Of a DNA stretch of 64,000 nt, positions 26,629 to 40,633 are shown one piece after another. The notes under the pieces are model-generated. The model saw only the letters and a list, made by a program, of their open reading frames with translations. It was not told where the DNA came from and did not search any database. The number at the start of each line of letters is the position of its first letter. Position 1 is the first letter of the stretch. Source of the DNA: Phoronis australis (lineage: Eukaryota; Animalia; Phoronida); contig NMRA01000562.1 in assembly GCA_002633005.1 (NCBI GenBank), forward strand, positions 46,206 to 110,205, given 5' to 3'. The translations under genes and the position numbers were made by a program.

Positions 26629-29600
26629 ATGATAGACATTTCGCTGAGCTCGATCTATTTGCTCGTGCTCACGTGCCTTCTGGTAGGGATTCTACACTGG
26701 TTCTCTGTCGTGTATCGTTCTGGCCTACCACCCGGACCTACTCCGCTGCCTATCGTAGGGAACGTTCATCAGCTGGCGATGCAGGGCTCGGACAAGTTTC
26801 TGGAGACGTTGAATAAGTGGGGTGAGTTGAAGCGAAACCACCACCTACTGCAATGTTTTAGATTATGTATCGACAAGTCTGTATATTCAACCAAATATAC
26901 AAATCTACATACTTACAGGTTACAGGTGTAAGCTCACTACATTTTCTGAAAGTACAACTTAACTTTAGACTTTATGCGAACCTGCCATTTTTTGTGCCAA
27001 GTCTCTTTTTTCTAAATTTTATCTAAAAACATACATTTATAGCAAAATAGCAGCATCATCAACATGACTACGTTTCGTTTGTTATAAATGTTGAAGATGG
27101 TTTCTCAAAAATATTCTGATAATTTTTCAAAATTATCATTTCATTTTCTTTTCATGCAACATTAGAATATTTCCCGAAAAATAGAATAGTCCTGTTCATA
27201 GTTTTGTGGGGAACAATGCTTAAGCATAGTATTCAAAAGTGTCATATGAGCCCGATAAGCCATTTCGGAGGTATGGCGTTCCAAAATTAGCTAAGTAAGC
27301 ACATTTTCTAGGGTCCTACCTAACCTTAAAGTCTAAATGAAACCAAGAATTGAATTTTTAAACCAGCCTCGTTTCACCCATTTTGCTTCCAGAGCATAAG
27401 CTGAGGAACCCGTCAAATGCAACTTTCTAAATTCCTTACTTACCGACTCGAAATGGTCCCAGATATAATAAAGTTAAAACTTGTGCTGGCTTTAAATACG
27501 AGTCCTCCAGAAAAGTGTTTAAAAAATTACACATGGCTCATGAACAATAACTTAAACTTATTACCACCATAGTTAATATGGCCTAAGAGGAATCATTAGA
27601 GAATGCAACCTGTCTGGAGATGAATCATGTTTCACGCACATGGGTGCGTTCACTTGATTTTATTATCTTGTATGGTATTGTACTTAATTCTGTTGCATCT
27701 ACTGTTATTTCATTCCACCAGCATTATTCACGGAGATGCAGATGTCGACCACCACTTGAACATAACCGTCTTCTACCTTTTCAGCTGCGAAATACGGCGA
27801 AGTGTACACCCTATATTTCGGTTCAAGTCGAGCGTTTGTACTGAACTCATACGACTGTATGAAGGAGGCACTGTCACTTCCGGTGTTGTCAGGACGACCA
27901 CACAGTTTCATATCCGATAAAATCTCACAGAATCTAGGTTGGTGAAGGCCGAGTTAACGGTTATAGTGTGTTTATCAGTGTATTTTTGACCAAAATAATT
28001 GGGCCATCGGTATCCACAAAATTCGAAGATTTATTTTTCGGGTTCTAATCTTGTCCATCAATAAATGTGTTATGTAAGCATTCATTTGTACACCGTTCTC
28101 ACAGAATTCAAAATTCTACAGTATATGTTACGATTTCGTGGACGAAGTCCTATGTAGTAATCAGGTTATTAAGACAATGGTCTGATTGTCCGAATGAAAG
28201 TCGGGACAAAACTGTACATGCTCTATCTCAAATGAAAAATCATACGACTTTTAAGCTCGAATATTCGTGTCGGGACATTGCTTTACACACTGCGATCAGT
28301 AGTATACGATAGTCAATTACAAAACTTCTTCACTACTATGTGACAAGACTTTTCACGATCTTCAGGACTTATCAATATCGAAGGACTCGCTTGGAAGGAG
28401 CAACGACGGTTCGCACTTTCTCATTTAAGAGATTTTGGATTTGGAAAGACGTCTTTTGAAGATCACATTTTGGAAGAGACAAGGATCATGCTAGACTATA
28501 TGGAGACTACAAAAGAACAGCCAACTGATCTTCAGGTTAGGAACATTGGCATTAAAACGCTGTAATTTCATTGACATTGCAAAGAATGTACTGTGATTAA
28601 CAAAAAAATATAAGGTATAAACAGGAAGTTAAAGGCTAGTACTATATTATTCTCAGTTAAAGAGTACTGTATAAGGTTAAAATGTCTCTAGTGACTTGTT
28701 TGACTTGCATTCTAGCGCCTGCATCGAATCCCCGCCTGTCACGAAAGTTTCGCCCTTGTTATTTGCTTCATGTACCCTCTTATCGTTTCATTGATTTGGA
28801 TTATCGTTGCTAAATCATGTTATGCACCACTGTTTTTTAAACTTAAAACGTTGTAATCTCGGCCAAACGTTGTGGTCTCAAACGAATGACATGCTTCTGT
28901 ATTGCAGGTGTGTTTTTGATAGGTTTGTAATAGGAATGCAGAGGTCTGATAGAGCCAAAGGACTTAAATTTGGATCAGAAAGTTATAAGTATTACCAAAC
29001 CAACGTGACGACATTTTCACGCAGATGAGATTTCTTTTGAGTCATAAGAGATTGCTTTTAGTTACACCATTTTCGCATACACCCCTCATTTCTTACTGTT
29101 CTGGTGAATGTATTGCTGTACCACCCACAAACCCAGGTTTCCTTTTTAGTTCGTGATAACCCATTCTATTGCCAACAACATCACTTCAATCCTTTGGGGG
29201 AAACGTTACGACTATGGCGACCAACTTTTCCATGGATTTCTCGAGTCTATAAATGAAAATGTTAAAGGTAAGTAATTGAACCTTTTTGTTAGAATTTGTT
29301 TTTTCTCCCACCGGAATATTTGGGTAACAAATTTTCTAATATATGCATTTCGTGTTAAGCACGACATTCTGGGTACACCCAACGGCCTTTTCTAAAAGGC
29401 CGTCAGAGAGTCTCTTCGTGAATTCTGGTTCGTCATGGTTTCACTAGAAGAGTCGTCTTCATTTTAAATATTACAATACACAAATAAATTCTGGCAAAAA
29501 AAAGAAAATTAACGTGCTAAAGAAGGTCATAACTTTGTCATAACTTCCTTGGTGAATTTTTTTTGTGCGATTAAAGTCATATTACCCTGGAGATCAGAGA

Positions 29601-32600
29601 TGTCGCTATGTCGAGTAGGAGATATCGAACGGCAAGATGATCACCTGGTGAACCTGGTGAAGTAAGTTCAACTTCGGGGTATTAAAGAGATTACTCCGCC
29701 GTGCCTGTTGTTTCCCAATACGTTCCTCTAATCCGCAGTTCCGGACCATCAACTATCAAACAAGCTGTAAATATTCCAGACTCGAGTCCCTAAACTCCAC
29801 GCGATCTCCGACAGTGCTCTATACACGGTACTCAAATTCCACACCCCGTGTCCAATCTCCAGTCCCGGTCCTCAGAATCTGGGTGAGGACTCTGTTTACC
29901 GATACTGGAGTTTGGACACCCGGTATGGAGCATTTTCGGCCCGTATGTGGGTTCTGTAATTTCTACCTACCACATACTTGCTGCTTATGGGACAGGGGCA
30001 TATAGATCATATAGCTTGAATATAGAATCGCGCGACCAAGGAAGGGTTTTCACTCACTGACCTTATTGAATCACGTAAGGCATAATTCGTATCTAAAATT
30101 ATTTCAGCGATTGGTCAAGCGACAACGTTCGACCTGGTTGTGCCGTTTTTGAAGTATTTACCAGGTGATGTTCTTGGCTTAAAGGCAGCCTTGGTTAGAG
30201 TAGAACTTGTCGAGCGTTATCTACGCAGCCTCATTGAGGAACACAAGGAGTCGCTGAATCCGGACAACGTGAGAGATTTTCTTGACGTGTATCTTCTTCA
30301 ACTCAACGAATTAAAGACAGATGAGGGCACTCACTTTTCAGGTTTGTTTTTTACTTTAGTCTACAATATTACAAATGAGTTGTTGAATCTTCAGCGAATA
30401 TTTAAACAAAAAAGAACCAGCATGAACACAACCCTCAGATGCACCCAAGTCGGTTATGAGGCGTGTTTCGTTACTCAACACACTCGCCAAAGCTTGTTTT
30501 ACAGAGCTTTATATTGCTGGAAGGATTAAGTGTATTCCTAATAAAAAAGGTAGTTGAAGGTTCCGTTACCTGCTATTTAGGCTTCATTTTTCATTATATA
30601 TTTTTAGAAGAGCAGCTTGTCAAATCTCTCGGTGACTTGTTTGTGGCTGGACTTGAAACCACCTCGACTACTCTCCGTTGGATTCTCTTGTATCTTGTAA
30701 TTCATCCGGACATCCAAGAGAAAGCACGTGCTGAAATCGATGACGCAATTGGGTACCGGGACCCATCCGTTCGCGACCGGCCTAACTTACCGTATACCGA
30801 AGCAGTCATAATGGAGGCCCATCGAGTCGGCATGATCGCATCAACGGGAGTACCGCACGCAGCTCTGGAAGACACTACATTTCGAGGATATTCCGTTCCA
30901 AAGGGGACTGCGTTCATTCCCAATATGGCTTCTATATTCATGAATGAAAACGAGTTTCCAGAACCAGACAAGTTCGACCCCACGCGTTATCTCGACAACG
31001 AAGGCAAGGTCAACAAGGCTGCGTGCGAGAAGGTGATACCATTTAGTATAGGTAAGTTACGATAAAAATATAAAGCAGTTTTCATTCTTGTCTGGCTGTG
31101 ACTCATCATTTACTGTACTTGCAGTTGACTAATTGGTCAACCGAGAGTCTTCTCATCAACAACTCCCAAACAACATGGAAATCGACGAAATTTCGTGACT
31201 CCCCTGAAAATAACTCAACAAAGAATCGATCTAAGTGGGGATTAAAAGCCTTTGAAACCTTAGGTAGACAGTAAGTAGTGGACCGGGGTGGATCCAGGAT
31301 ATTGAGTTACGAGGGCCAGGCAGAATATTAGCCAGGACTATTCCCATCAGACATTCGCACCCCCGAACTGCCAAGTAGAATCTGAGAAAATTTTAGGGGG
31401 GACCATAGCCCCTTGCTCCTCCCTCCCTAAATCTGCCACTGGTGAATGTCCCATTAACATGAGTGTTGTGCTAATATGGCGGTCGTTGTTATTGGGGATT
31501 GAAATAGACATTTGGTTTCGAAAAATATTAGCGGAGAGGCAAATTTAGAAGGTTCTATACGTCAGCATCCATGATCAATTTCTAATGTAATTGAAACAAG
31601 AACTGCTACACGTTCTGCAACTTTATCGGTCTCAGATGTGCGAACGGTAAAGAAAGGTAGGATGTCACTTTTGATGACAAATCAAAGAAGGAATTGCAAG
31701 TCATTAGGAACAATTTTCCTGACATGTCATGATCGTATGATATTTTATTTTGTCGGAACTTCTCGGGCAGCCACTTTAAATATTTGGTTGAATCGTATCT
31801 ATTTTTTCATTACCTATTGACTAACGTACTTTTATTTCCACCTTTTTTGAGCATGAGTGCACATTGTCTTGACTTCTGTCATGGCGGGTGTTGGTCAGCT
31901 CCATCTGTCTCTTAGAGTCACAGAATGACACGACTAAAATAGGTTTCCAATGAATCTAACTGCATCTTTGCCCCTTGATAAGTTACACAATTATTCGCTT
32001 TCACCGGGGTCAATTTGTTGCCTTTCATATTCCAAAAGTGTGATATTGACCGAGGTGGAGCTGTACCCCTAAGGAACAATTTTACTTGGCCTGTCTATTC
32101 TTATAATAACATTCAAACCAAGATTAATAAGTTACATGGCAAATTTGCGTAGAATTTCGAAGATGTTTTCCTTCCAAGGGGTAGAAAACTGTAGTATAGT
32201 GTGTTCTTGAAATTCCTTCTTAAATCTTTATATCAAACGAAATTTTATTATGTTACGGATACCGTTGTCTTGCTAGGTGTGCACCTTTCATTTTTCAAAT
32301 TTTACTTAAGGTGTGATCACGTGACGCAATATTTAGCAGATTGGTGAAACGTCAAAACCATATTCTACAGGATTTCTACTTTCAGAAAAAATAACTTTAT
32401 TAAGTTAATACCTCTAGTTTTGTACATATTTGACTAAATACACAAACTTGTCAATGTCCTACGTAACCTTTATAAATGTTTGGAGTCTACCCCTGAAAGA
32501 TCTTTTGGAAGTTAACCTCGTCTGTATGTGCTTTTAATGAGAATGTGGCATCACCACGTTCTATCGAACACGGAAAGTGCTCTGTCCTCTAGTGACACTT

Positions 32601-33395
32601 TAAATTGTCTCTTTCCGCCAGTACACCTGAGTGATCCTTGTGGTATTAAACACGCACATGGCAATCTTTGATAAGACGCTAGTCACTGTGACACTAACCG
32701 CTCATTTTCAGACGATCTGTACCCTCTAGTGCCAGTTATATTTTTACCTACTCTTTCTTATCTTTGTTATCATTCGATGTTTTGAAATTCGGTAGCTATA
32801 TTTCAATTAACGAAATGCGCTGCTCTAGTTTCTACTTTATCTAGTGCTAATCGGTCCCTCTAGAGGAAGTGTCGGAGATAATGAACACCTGGCGTGCGTT
32901 CAGTAGACGCTAGGACCTATGCTAGGACCTAACTAAAATCTAGTCAACACCACGTGTTCTCATTTAAAATACACGGCAACATCTCTCGTAATCTCGCGAA
33001 GTCTTGCTTTATAGCGAGGTCCTAGCGTTACTGAACGGGAGGCAGTTTTGACTTTTAAGCTTGTAATTTACGGCGGGGGCTTATTGGCGTTGCTTGTTTT
33101 GTACTCTTCTTATTCTGGACACTGGTCTTCCAAGGAAAATGTCCAAAGTACAATTGCTTCTCTTTTTTCTCCAGGAAGACGCGTTTGTCTTGGCGAGTCA
33201 CTGGCTAGAATGGAATTGACTTTGTATTTAACAACCATGCTTCAACGATTTGTCTTCACACTGCCAGACAGCAGCCCCGTGCCTTCCGTCAGAGGTCGAC
33301 AAGGTTTCACGCGTATGCCTCACCCGTATAAAGTTTGCATAAAACGTAGGCCAGATTACCGGACTTCAACAGATAATACTAGTGTAGCTAGATGA
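26629..33395 (+). CDS. Cytochrome P450, clan 2 (CYP2-like, microsomal) 'CYP-B', 7 coding exons, 510 aa
   Basis: Exons 26629-26821, 27785-27937, 28366-28535, 29150-29267, 30108-30341, 30608-31051, 33175-33395. All introns are GT-AG with consistent phases; total 1533 nt with no internal stop. N-terminal anchor plus PPGPTPLPIVGN, WKEQRRF, I-helix AGLETTS, K-helix EAHR, FDPTRY, heme FSIGRRVCLGE. Confidence 0.93.
31283..31441. mobile_element. CAGTGGCGGATC-family MITE remnant
   Basis: ccggggtggatccagg ... cctaaatctgccactg; near-direct 5-bp flanks gtgga/gtgaa. Related ends at ~22583 (agatccgccactg) and 59405. Confidence 0.55.
32891..33045. mobile_element. ~155-bp MITE in the last intron of CYP-B
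   Basis: TIR cgttcagta(g)acgctaggacct / aggtcctagcgttactgaacg. It is absent at the paralogous site (~62281) of the duplicated segment; an inverted second copy lies at ~58121-58279. Confidence 0.82.
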
Positions 33396-33649
33396 AGCCA
33401 GGTTTAGACTACAACTTTGAAAAATTATAAGTTTTTGGAAACTGTCGTTCGTGACGGTTCTCACCTCAACATTTTACTTCTTATGCCTCTTTCCCACCAA
33501 CACCGTCACGAACACCTGTCTATCACAATTCTACCACAACTGCGCTTACCTTTCCCATGAACTGGTGACATCGGAGTTACCCTAGTTCTCTGACGTAAAT
33601 GCCATGTTGTGTATTTGAATTATATTCACAAACTAACGGAGTCGAGATT

Positions 33650-33655
33650 AATAAA
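33650..33655 (+). promoter_or_regulatory. Candidate polyadenylation signal of CYP-B
   Basis: AATAAA about 255 nt after the stop; retained in the duplicate at ~62899. Confidence 0.5.
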
Positions 33656-34496
33656 TATTTCCCACCATTTTTGATACATAACTCTAGACTGATCAGTGTC
33701 AATCTCTATTAGATTGATTATTATCTTTGTTCCTTTACGTGGGACTATTGATAGTTGATAGTGAAAGATGTGGGAACGAAGAATGTTTCGTTGAGTCTCG
33801 TGTAATTGACTTCGAGACCTTTAGGGATTATTCCAGTCGAAGTGGAGTTAACGTTTCCCACGGCGCAGAGTTGCGCAACTCCGCACCTATTTTGAGAGGA
33901 GTTGCGATGGTTATTTAAGGTCCCTAGTGAGGTGGCAGCGTAATACCAATAATTATAATAATGTCACAAGTGTAAAACATATTTTATGATCTCTGTCCGT
34001 TTTCTTTCATAAAATACATGCTTTTACTAGTTGACATAGCTCGTTTATTTCATATATATAGAATGGAAGCAAATAAGTATGGTTTGAGATATCTTATACG
34101 GCGCTACACATTAATGTAGTTTCTACGGTGTGTTAAAACATCGCTATGACCACACTGAAGTCATAAATTGCCAAATGTAATAAACTGTTACAATTTTGTC
34201 TACTTCATCGCGATTCAGATTCAGATACAAACAACATCCTCATGCATTACTGTTTTATTCAATATACTCTGGTACCTCAGTTCAACTTGTATCGCCGGAA
34301 TTTGCAAATGCTCGTAACTTCTGCTATCGGCCGTTTTTTGTTTGTTGTTTTCTGACAGTGACGCAGTATATGGCGCGAAAAGCGAGTTTCGCACAATACT
34401 TTACATGTACGTGCCTGGATTCGAGCGCTTAAAAATCGCGCGTTCTTGTGTTGCTAAACCATTGCTAGGACAACCTGGTTAGCCCAATGCATCCAG

Positions 34497-34751
34497 GGGC
34501 CCGTTCCAAGAAAACTAACTTGGCTAAAACAAATCGTAAATTCTAGTCCGTTTTAAGTTAAAAATTAAATTTGTGTCAAGTCCGTTTTAATTATTAAAAG
34601 TGATCTTAAGTTTGACTTGAGTTTTTGACGTAAGATTTGTCTTTAGTTGATTACCTTACCAGATGTGGAAGTTTCAAAGTTAGGAGGTCGAGACAAATCT
34701 TAGACTAAGTAAAAAATTTAATCAACTTAAGTCAGTTCTTTGAACGGGCCC
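34497..34751. mobile_element. PIF/Harbinger-type MITE (255 bp) with CAG TSD
   Basis: TIRs gggcccgttccaagaaaactaactt / aagtcagttctttgaacgggccc; 3-bp direct repeat CAG at 34494-34496 and 34752-34754. Confidence 0.85.
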
Positions 34752-35354
34752 CAGAAAAACAAAACTCCGCCCGAGGAAGTTTCTGACACCTATCTCCGTT
34801 TTGACTATTCACAGATGTTAATTGCGATCCTACCATTTCCACATATAAAATAAAAGTAGTACTACTAGTAACTCTCACTAACTTCCTTATTCTTGAAACG
34901 AGACAATCTCATGTTATTGTGCATCTTTGCAGCAACCATTGTAAGCCACTCGCGTATACACAACTTCACGGTTTCACCCACCGTCTTGAATAAAAAAACA
35001 AAACAAAACAATCCAGGTGCGTTCTCAGTGTAAGTCGACAGGAAAGCAAGGCATGTTAAAACGAATGTTTTTCGTAAGCTTTTATCAGGAATGTCAAAAA
35101 GTTGTAATCATATCCAACATATTCAGGAATCTCACAAACACATTTCCTTCCTAAGAACCACCTATATGCTCAATTTTAGAGCGCATTGGGTGAGATGCCG
35201 ATGTTGTGGGTAAAAAACTGATACTTTGCGAGATCGGCCCCATTTTCACGACTTTGTGGGGACCGTGATGACCTCAGAAAAGATAAAAAGCACTGGACAT
35301 TCCAGTGTACATTTCATATCGAACGGCCGGTTGTAGTACCCAAGTTGTTCTTCA

Positions 35355-36636
35355 AGGCGAAGGCAACCTTTCTTCATGTCATTTTTAGCAAAAATAAGGT
35401 TCGTTGATTTTCCCCAGACATATTTTTCACTTACTTACTGCTTTTCGTAATTTAATTAATTACTCGTCGTCTACTCCGGAAGCGATGTTTTGGGAGGCAA
35501 GAATTTCGCGCCAATTTCTTTTCATATAGTCTGACTGTGAGCGCAGCCGAATCAGTCATTGTTCTACCGCGGTTGTGATAAGTTCGGTCGTCGTTTGCTT
35601 TTGCTTACGAGTCAGTCAGCATGCCACGCTGTTGCTGCGTACTGGGGTGTACTTATCGTCTCACGTACACTGCAGAGGAAGAACTGTCCCACTTGCCCGA
35701 GTGTCCCGCGGCACACTCCCACTGATGGGTGTATCTGAGCACCCAAACTGCTTACATCCCGCCGTGTGACTCCCTCGCCACACACCTGGTACCTTCTAAA
35801 TAGCTCCAATACAAGTCCACAATAAACTTATCAAACTTAGGCTCGTCCTCTTCACTGGGTGTCGAACTGGGCCTGTATTCACTCCCACTACTCAACATCG
35901 CTGCAGGGCTGCTTACAGGCTCTGGGCTAGAGACAACAGCACAGGGCGAATCACTGCTAGTTCCCGGAATTGCACGCAATGGGGGTACGTTCGGAGGCAC
36001 GGGTGACAGTAGATGAAGAGCCTCCAGTCACTGTATATAGTGGCCACAGCTCACGAGGCTTCTCGCTTCAAAAACGCACTTCTCGGGGTTGGCGACGGTA
36101 TGGTTCCCTTCTTCAGGCGCTGTTTCGCAAGGTCCTTCATCAATTTAGCGTACATATCTCTGTTGTAATCTGACGGCAGAAAATGCCTGCCACTCGGTAA
36201 CCCTCCACTGCTTTGTACGTTGCGTGGACGGGTAGCGCTGCGTTCTTCACATGAACGAGATAGCCAAGTACGGCGTAGTGTGTCATCCTTCGGAATTAAG
36301 CGACGCAAGGTACACAACCCGCGTGCGAGACGAGAATGAGTGCATCCCAGCACGCAGCAACAGCGTGCCATGTTGACTGACTTGTAAACAAAAGCAAACG
36401 ACGACCGAACTTATCACAACCGAGGTAGAACGATGACTGACTCGACAGCTCTCACAGTCAGACTATAATGAAAAGAAATTGGCGCGAAACTCTTGCCTCC
36501 CAAAACGTCACTTCCGGAGTAGAGGACGGGAAATTAAGCAAATTACGAAAAGCTGTAATTAAGTGAAAATGTGTCTGGAATAATCTACGAACCTTATTTT
36601 TGCTAAAAGTGACATGAAAAAAGGTTGCCTTCGCCT
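35355..36636 (-). mobile_element. Non-autonomous Kolobok-type DNA transposon with ~314-bp inverted repeats and a degraded THAP/transposase 5' fragment
   Basis: Inverted repeats at 35355-35668 and 36323-36636; termini AGG...CCT flanked by TTCA and TTAA. ORF 36371-36051 MARCCCVLGC..P..W..RHF..LKKGTIPS is a THAP zinc-finger pattern with the third Cys lost, followed by a Ser/Pro-rich linker and KFIVD../ELFRRYQVCG fragments. Confidence 0.85.
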
Positions 36637-39044
36637 TTAAACCCTGAAACACACCTTTCGTTGGAGCATAAGAAACGTACCAGTGTCGTATCACAATCAC
36701 CAGTACATTCAATTTACTCGAGAACACAATGTTAAGACGAGAAATGGATGAAATATCTTAGAAAGCGAGAACTTTCTGCATGCAAAATTTCAAATTTCAG
36801 AAGAATGTCTCGACGCACCACAGAGATAGCGAAAACTCATGAATAATAGTCACAGCGCCACATTTAGCCCAATTTAGAACTAACACCGAAGACTGAGAAA
36901 CATACCAGTATCGTACTTTAAGTCACCAGTAAGTCTCTGATAAACTCGAGAAGGGTAAGTCGGTTCCAAAAGCTTTTTGTAGCAATAAGCGATTTTTATT
37001 CACATACAGGTGTAGTAAATTTCAGACAAATTTGTTAAAGAACTGTAACACGTTTCCTATAGTCCTTGTCCAGATCTACCTGCATAACAAAGTTCAAAAG
37101 AATCCGTCAATTGACTGGACGCCACATCGCCAACTTTTGGTCGATGTCGACAAAAAACATACAAACAACAGTCCTCGGGATTATAATGAGATGTAGAGCC
37201 ACTAAGTGTTTGAATTTCATATTGATCACATGGAAAATGCAGAGCAACATACTTGAAAAATTTCATTTCACCAAGTAAAAACGAACAAACTTCATAACAA
37301 GTTAACATACTTGGATAAATGTCATTTCACTAAATAAAGACCTAATGACAAGGGTGACAATGAAGTGTCATTGTGTGATCTCAGTATATGAAGAGTTTTG
37401 CAGATTTTAATCACCAATGATTGCTTGGTTACGAAGCGGACACGCCAGGACAAGCCTTCAGACTACTCGCTAAAATTGAATTCTCCGTCTCTATGCACGT
37501 ACAAAGAACGAAAAAAAAAAACATTTGAATCTGAGTAGAATTGATTAACTAACTAGTATAATAATGAAACTTCCATAAATATCATTAATTATATTCTTGA
37601 GAAACATCACTACGAAAATCAGTTGGATTAGCGTTAGCCGGCATAACAGATAAATTATTCATCCATTCCATGCAGACGATTACTACAATAACTAAACTGG
37701 TTTGTTGTAGTTCATTAAACTATTGCCTATGTCGTGCAATATACTTGACATTGTTATACAACTTGAACACAGTAAAATGACTAAAATTTACCATTTCTTC
37801 ACCCATTTCAATTCAGCGTTTACTAGCGCGTCGCCATTTTAGAAAATTATGGTCAAGGTCGTTGCCTGGTTTCCGATTGTATTCAATTGCTGACAGAACT
37901 TGTCGGACAATCGGTCAGTGCGAATGTAGGTCGCTAAGCGAACGCGAGGAAAGGAAAGGGGATATGATCATGTTTAAAGTTGGAAAAGTTAAAAATCTGT
38001 TTTTCCTGCTCGATCCAGAAACATTGACAGTAGCCGCGTAACGGGTGTATTGCGCATTCATTTTTACTAGCGATTTTTGCGTCAAGATGTATGACGGTCA
38101 ATTTGGGTAAGATTACGAATGGCGGCACTATAGAAGAGCATGGGGGGTCGCACAGATTTTCACACGGAAAAGAAACACGAGGAGCTGAACTGCCGGAGTC
38201 AAACAAAGCATTACTGAGCTGACAGCTTACACTAAGGCGGGAACAATTTCACTATCGGGCAGTTCATTTAATTGTTTATTTCATACCTTGACGTGAGCTG
38301 TCGGCTGCATCCACAGTTCCGACTTGAGCCCGACAGCTCAGCTCGCAGCTATCCGTTTAATGAGAATTGATTATTTCTTCACTAGACAACAACAAATGCC
38401 TCTCGCTTGCTCATGGTAACTATGTGTATTACATTTACGCTAATTACTAAGAATGTATTTTAATTACAGGTGAAAACGTCCAGTTTCTCACACGTGTTAA
38501 TTTGTTTTGACTGTGTGTCAACTCGTGCAATACATTCAGATTGTTCCACAGGCTCCATCACAGACTATGTTAGACGAGGTTGTCTCTAACGATTGCTTGC
38601 AATCACCCATCGTCTTCCTTTTCACCTTCAAGATTTGGCCTCACTTGCCCACTTGTTTACTTTCCATAGTACGCCACGCAACCTTTAAAGGAGAAACGTA
38701 GTGACTAAGATACAGTGACCGTAGGAAGGGGCAAATTCGATTTGATCTCAGTAAGAGAACGGCATGTGCTTTTTTCTCTCGATATATATACATGTATATA
38801 GTTAAAAAATCTTGGAATAGAGTCAATACAGAACAACCATCTTTACCGATAAACTAACTTGCTCAATTACTCTACTGACATATTTACTCTCTACCTATAG
38901 ACTTGCTAACTCTATCTATAGAATTGCTAAAATACCTTTTCTATCAATTGAGGTACGAAGTTTGGATGTACCGTACTTCAGAAGCTGACCCCTTGGCGTA
39001 ACGGTGGCACAAGCAGGGACTCAAACATATGTGCTGATAGGCCG

Positions 39045-39213
39045 TAAAATGTAACTATTTCGTAAAATGTAACAACTGTCAATTTTACTTCAATGTTATG
39101 TTTTACATTGGTAAGCATGTTCTAAAATTTAACAAGTTGTTACATTTTAAGTAATTGCTACATTTTATGTCAATTACGCATGCAAGAAATGCACAATTGT
39201 TACATTTTACGAA
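39045..39213. repeat. Small foldback element made of aaaatgtaac / gttacatttt units
   Basis: cgtaaaatgtaac occurs twice on the left; (g)ttacatttt-like units occur three times on the right, ending ttacattttacg. Confidence 0.55.
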
Positions 39214-40633
39214 ACCAACGTCATAAATGACCAAAATCACGAGCAAGTGTTATCTGACCGTGTCGGTGGTACACGAGTATTTTTGGACGAGCTGTGCCTA
39301 CCGAATATGTGTATACATAAACATTTAGAGAGAAGACTCGGTCAAACAGTGACCCATTTAGACAGTAATTTTATGTAAAAATTCACATTTTTGCACAATT
39401 CAGAAAAGACACTCTTTTAGAGTTGTCGAAAATGACACCATTTGGAGAATATTTTTTGCTGTGAAAAACGCACCCTTTTGGTGGCAATTTCGTATCTATG
39501 GGAATACGCTCCGGGCTGACACGGCATGAATTTGGCTAACCATTATCATTATTATTATTACTATTACTATTACTACTGAATTCACTTAACAAGAACACTG
39601 TGCATACATGCTTAGCATAGTGCTAACACGCCATACTCATCAAAGATTTTAAGTTCATCTCATTTACGGTTCACCGGGCTAATCAATGATGAACAGCACG
39701 TGCTGTGTCAAAAGGAATTTAAAGGGGTACCTAGGTTCAACGATATTGTGAATAAACGTCTTGACATGATGGATGCAGAGTAGGCCTACTATTTGAAAAC
39801 GAGGCGGTTGCTTTTTAAATCTTGTTTAGACGTGCGCTAACATCAAACAGCTAATATACCAGAAAGCACGGTATTGTTAGTGATTTTACTATATCCTTCT
39901 GTAATTTGCCAAGAAGAACTGAATTTAGACTGTAATCTCGTACTTGCGCTTTACATCAAAGCGTTATAATACCCACCGTGTTACCATTTTTGTCTCTTGT
40001 TGAAACATTCCTTCAAAGAACTGGAGTCAAGCACTACTGTAGCTTGTTACAGGCTCGCTCATATTCAAGCTAGTTAACAGTCAACACTGTCGTAATTATT
40101 AACCAGTTTTGCATGCACGAAGGGAGACTGCCAAACTAATAAAAAACAGGTGCATAAGCAAAGTTTTTTGTAGCGTTACGCAACGAAAATCGGACGACAA
40201 ACAATGGGAACGTTCATAATTCCTATCGTGTGACGTCATTTTCGCTCCGTAACGCCATGAAGAACCTCGCGTGTGATTTAGGAGACCAACTATGCGATGC
40301 AAAATGAATTGCACAATATTCGACGAAGCTGTACTGAGAAACGGAAATTATACCATGTACATGTTACACTTCTTAATAACTAAATTTACTTTTTTGACCT
40401 ATACTTCACATCAAAAGGCCCGAGCTTCCCATCGGTAATCCAATCTTCGACTGGAAGCTTTTTCAAAAATACATTGTTTTGCACAACGTCTGTTAGGTTG
40501 ATGACAATTTTTCCGTCATGAGTTTGAATTACATTACTTGATTATACTATCAAAATGCTTGAACACTAGATTACAAATACATTCAATCAGCATCTGTGTT
40601 ACAAACTAGGACGTTAACGTTACTGTGAAATTA

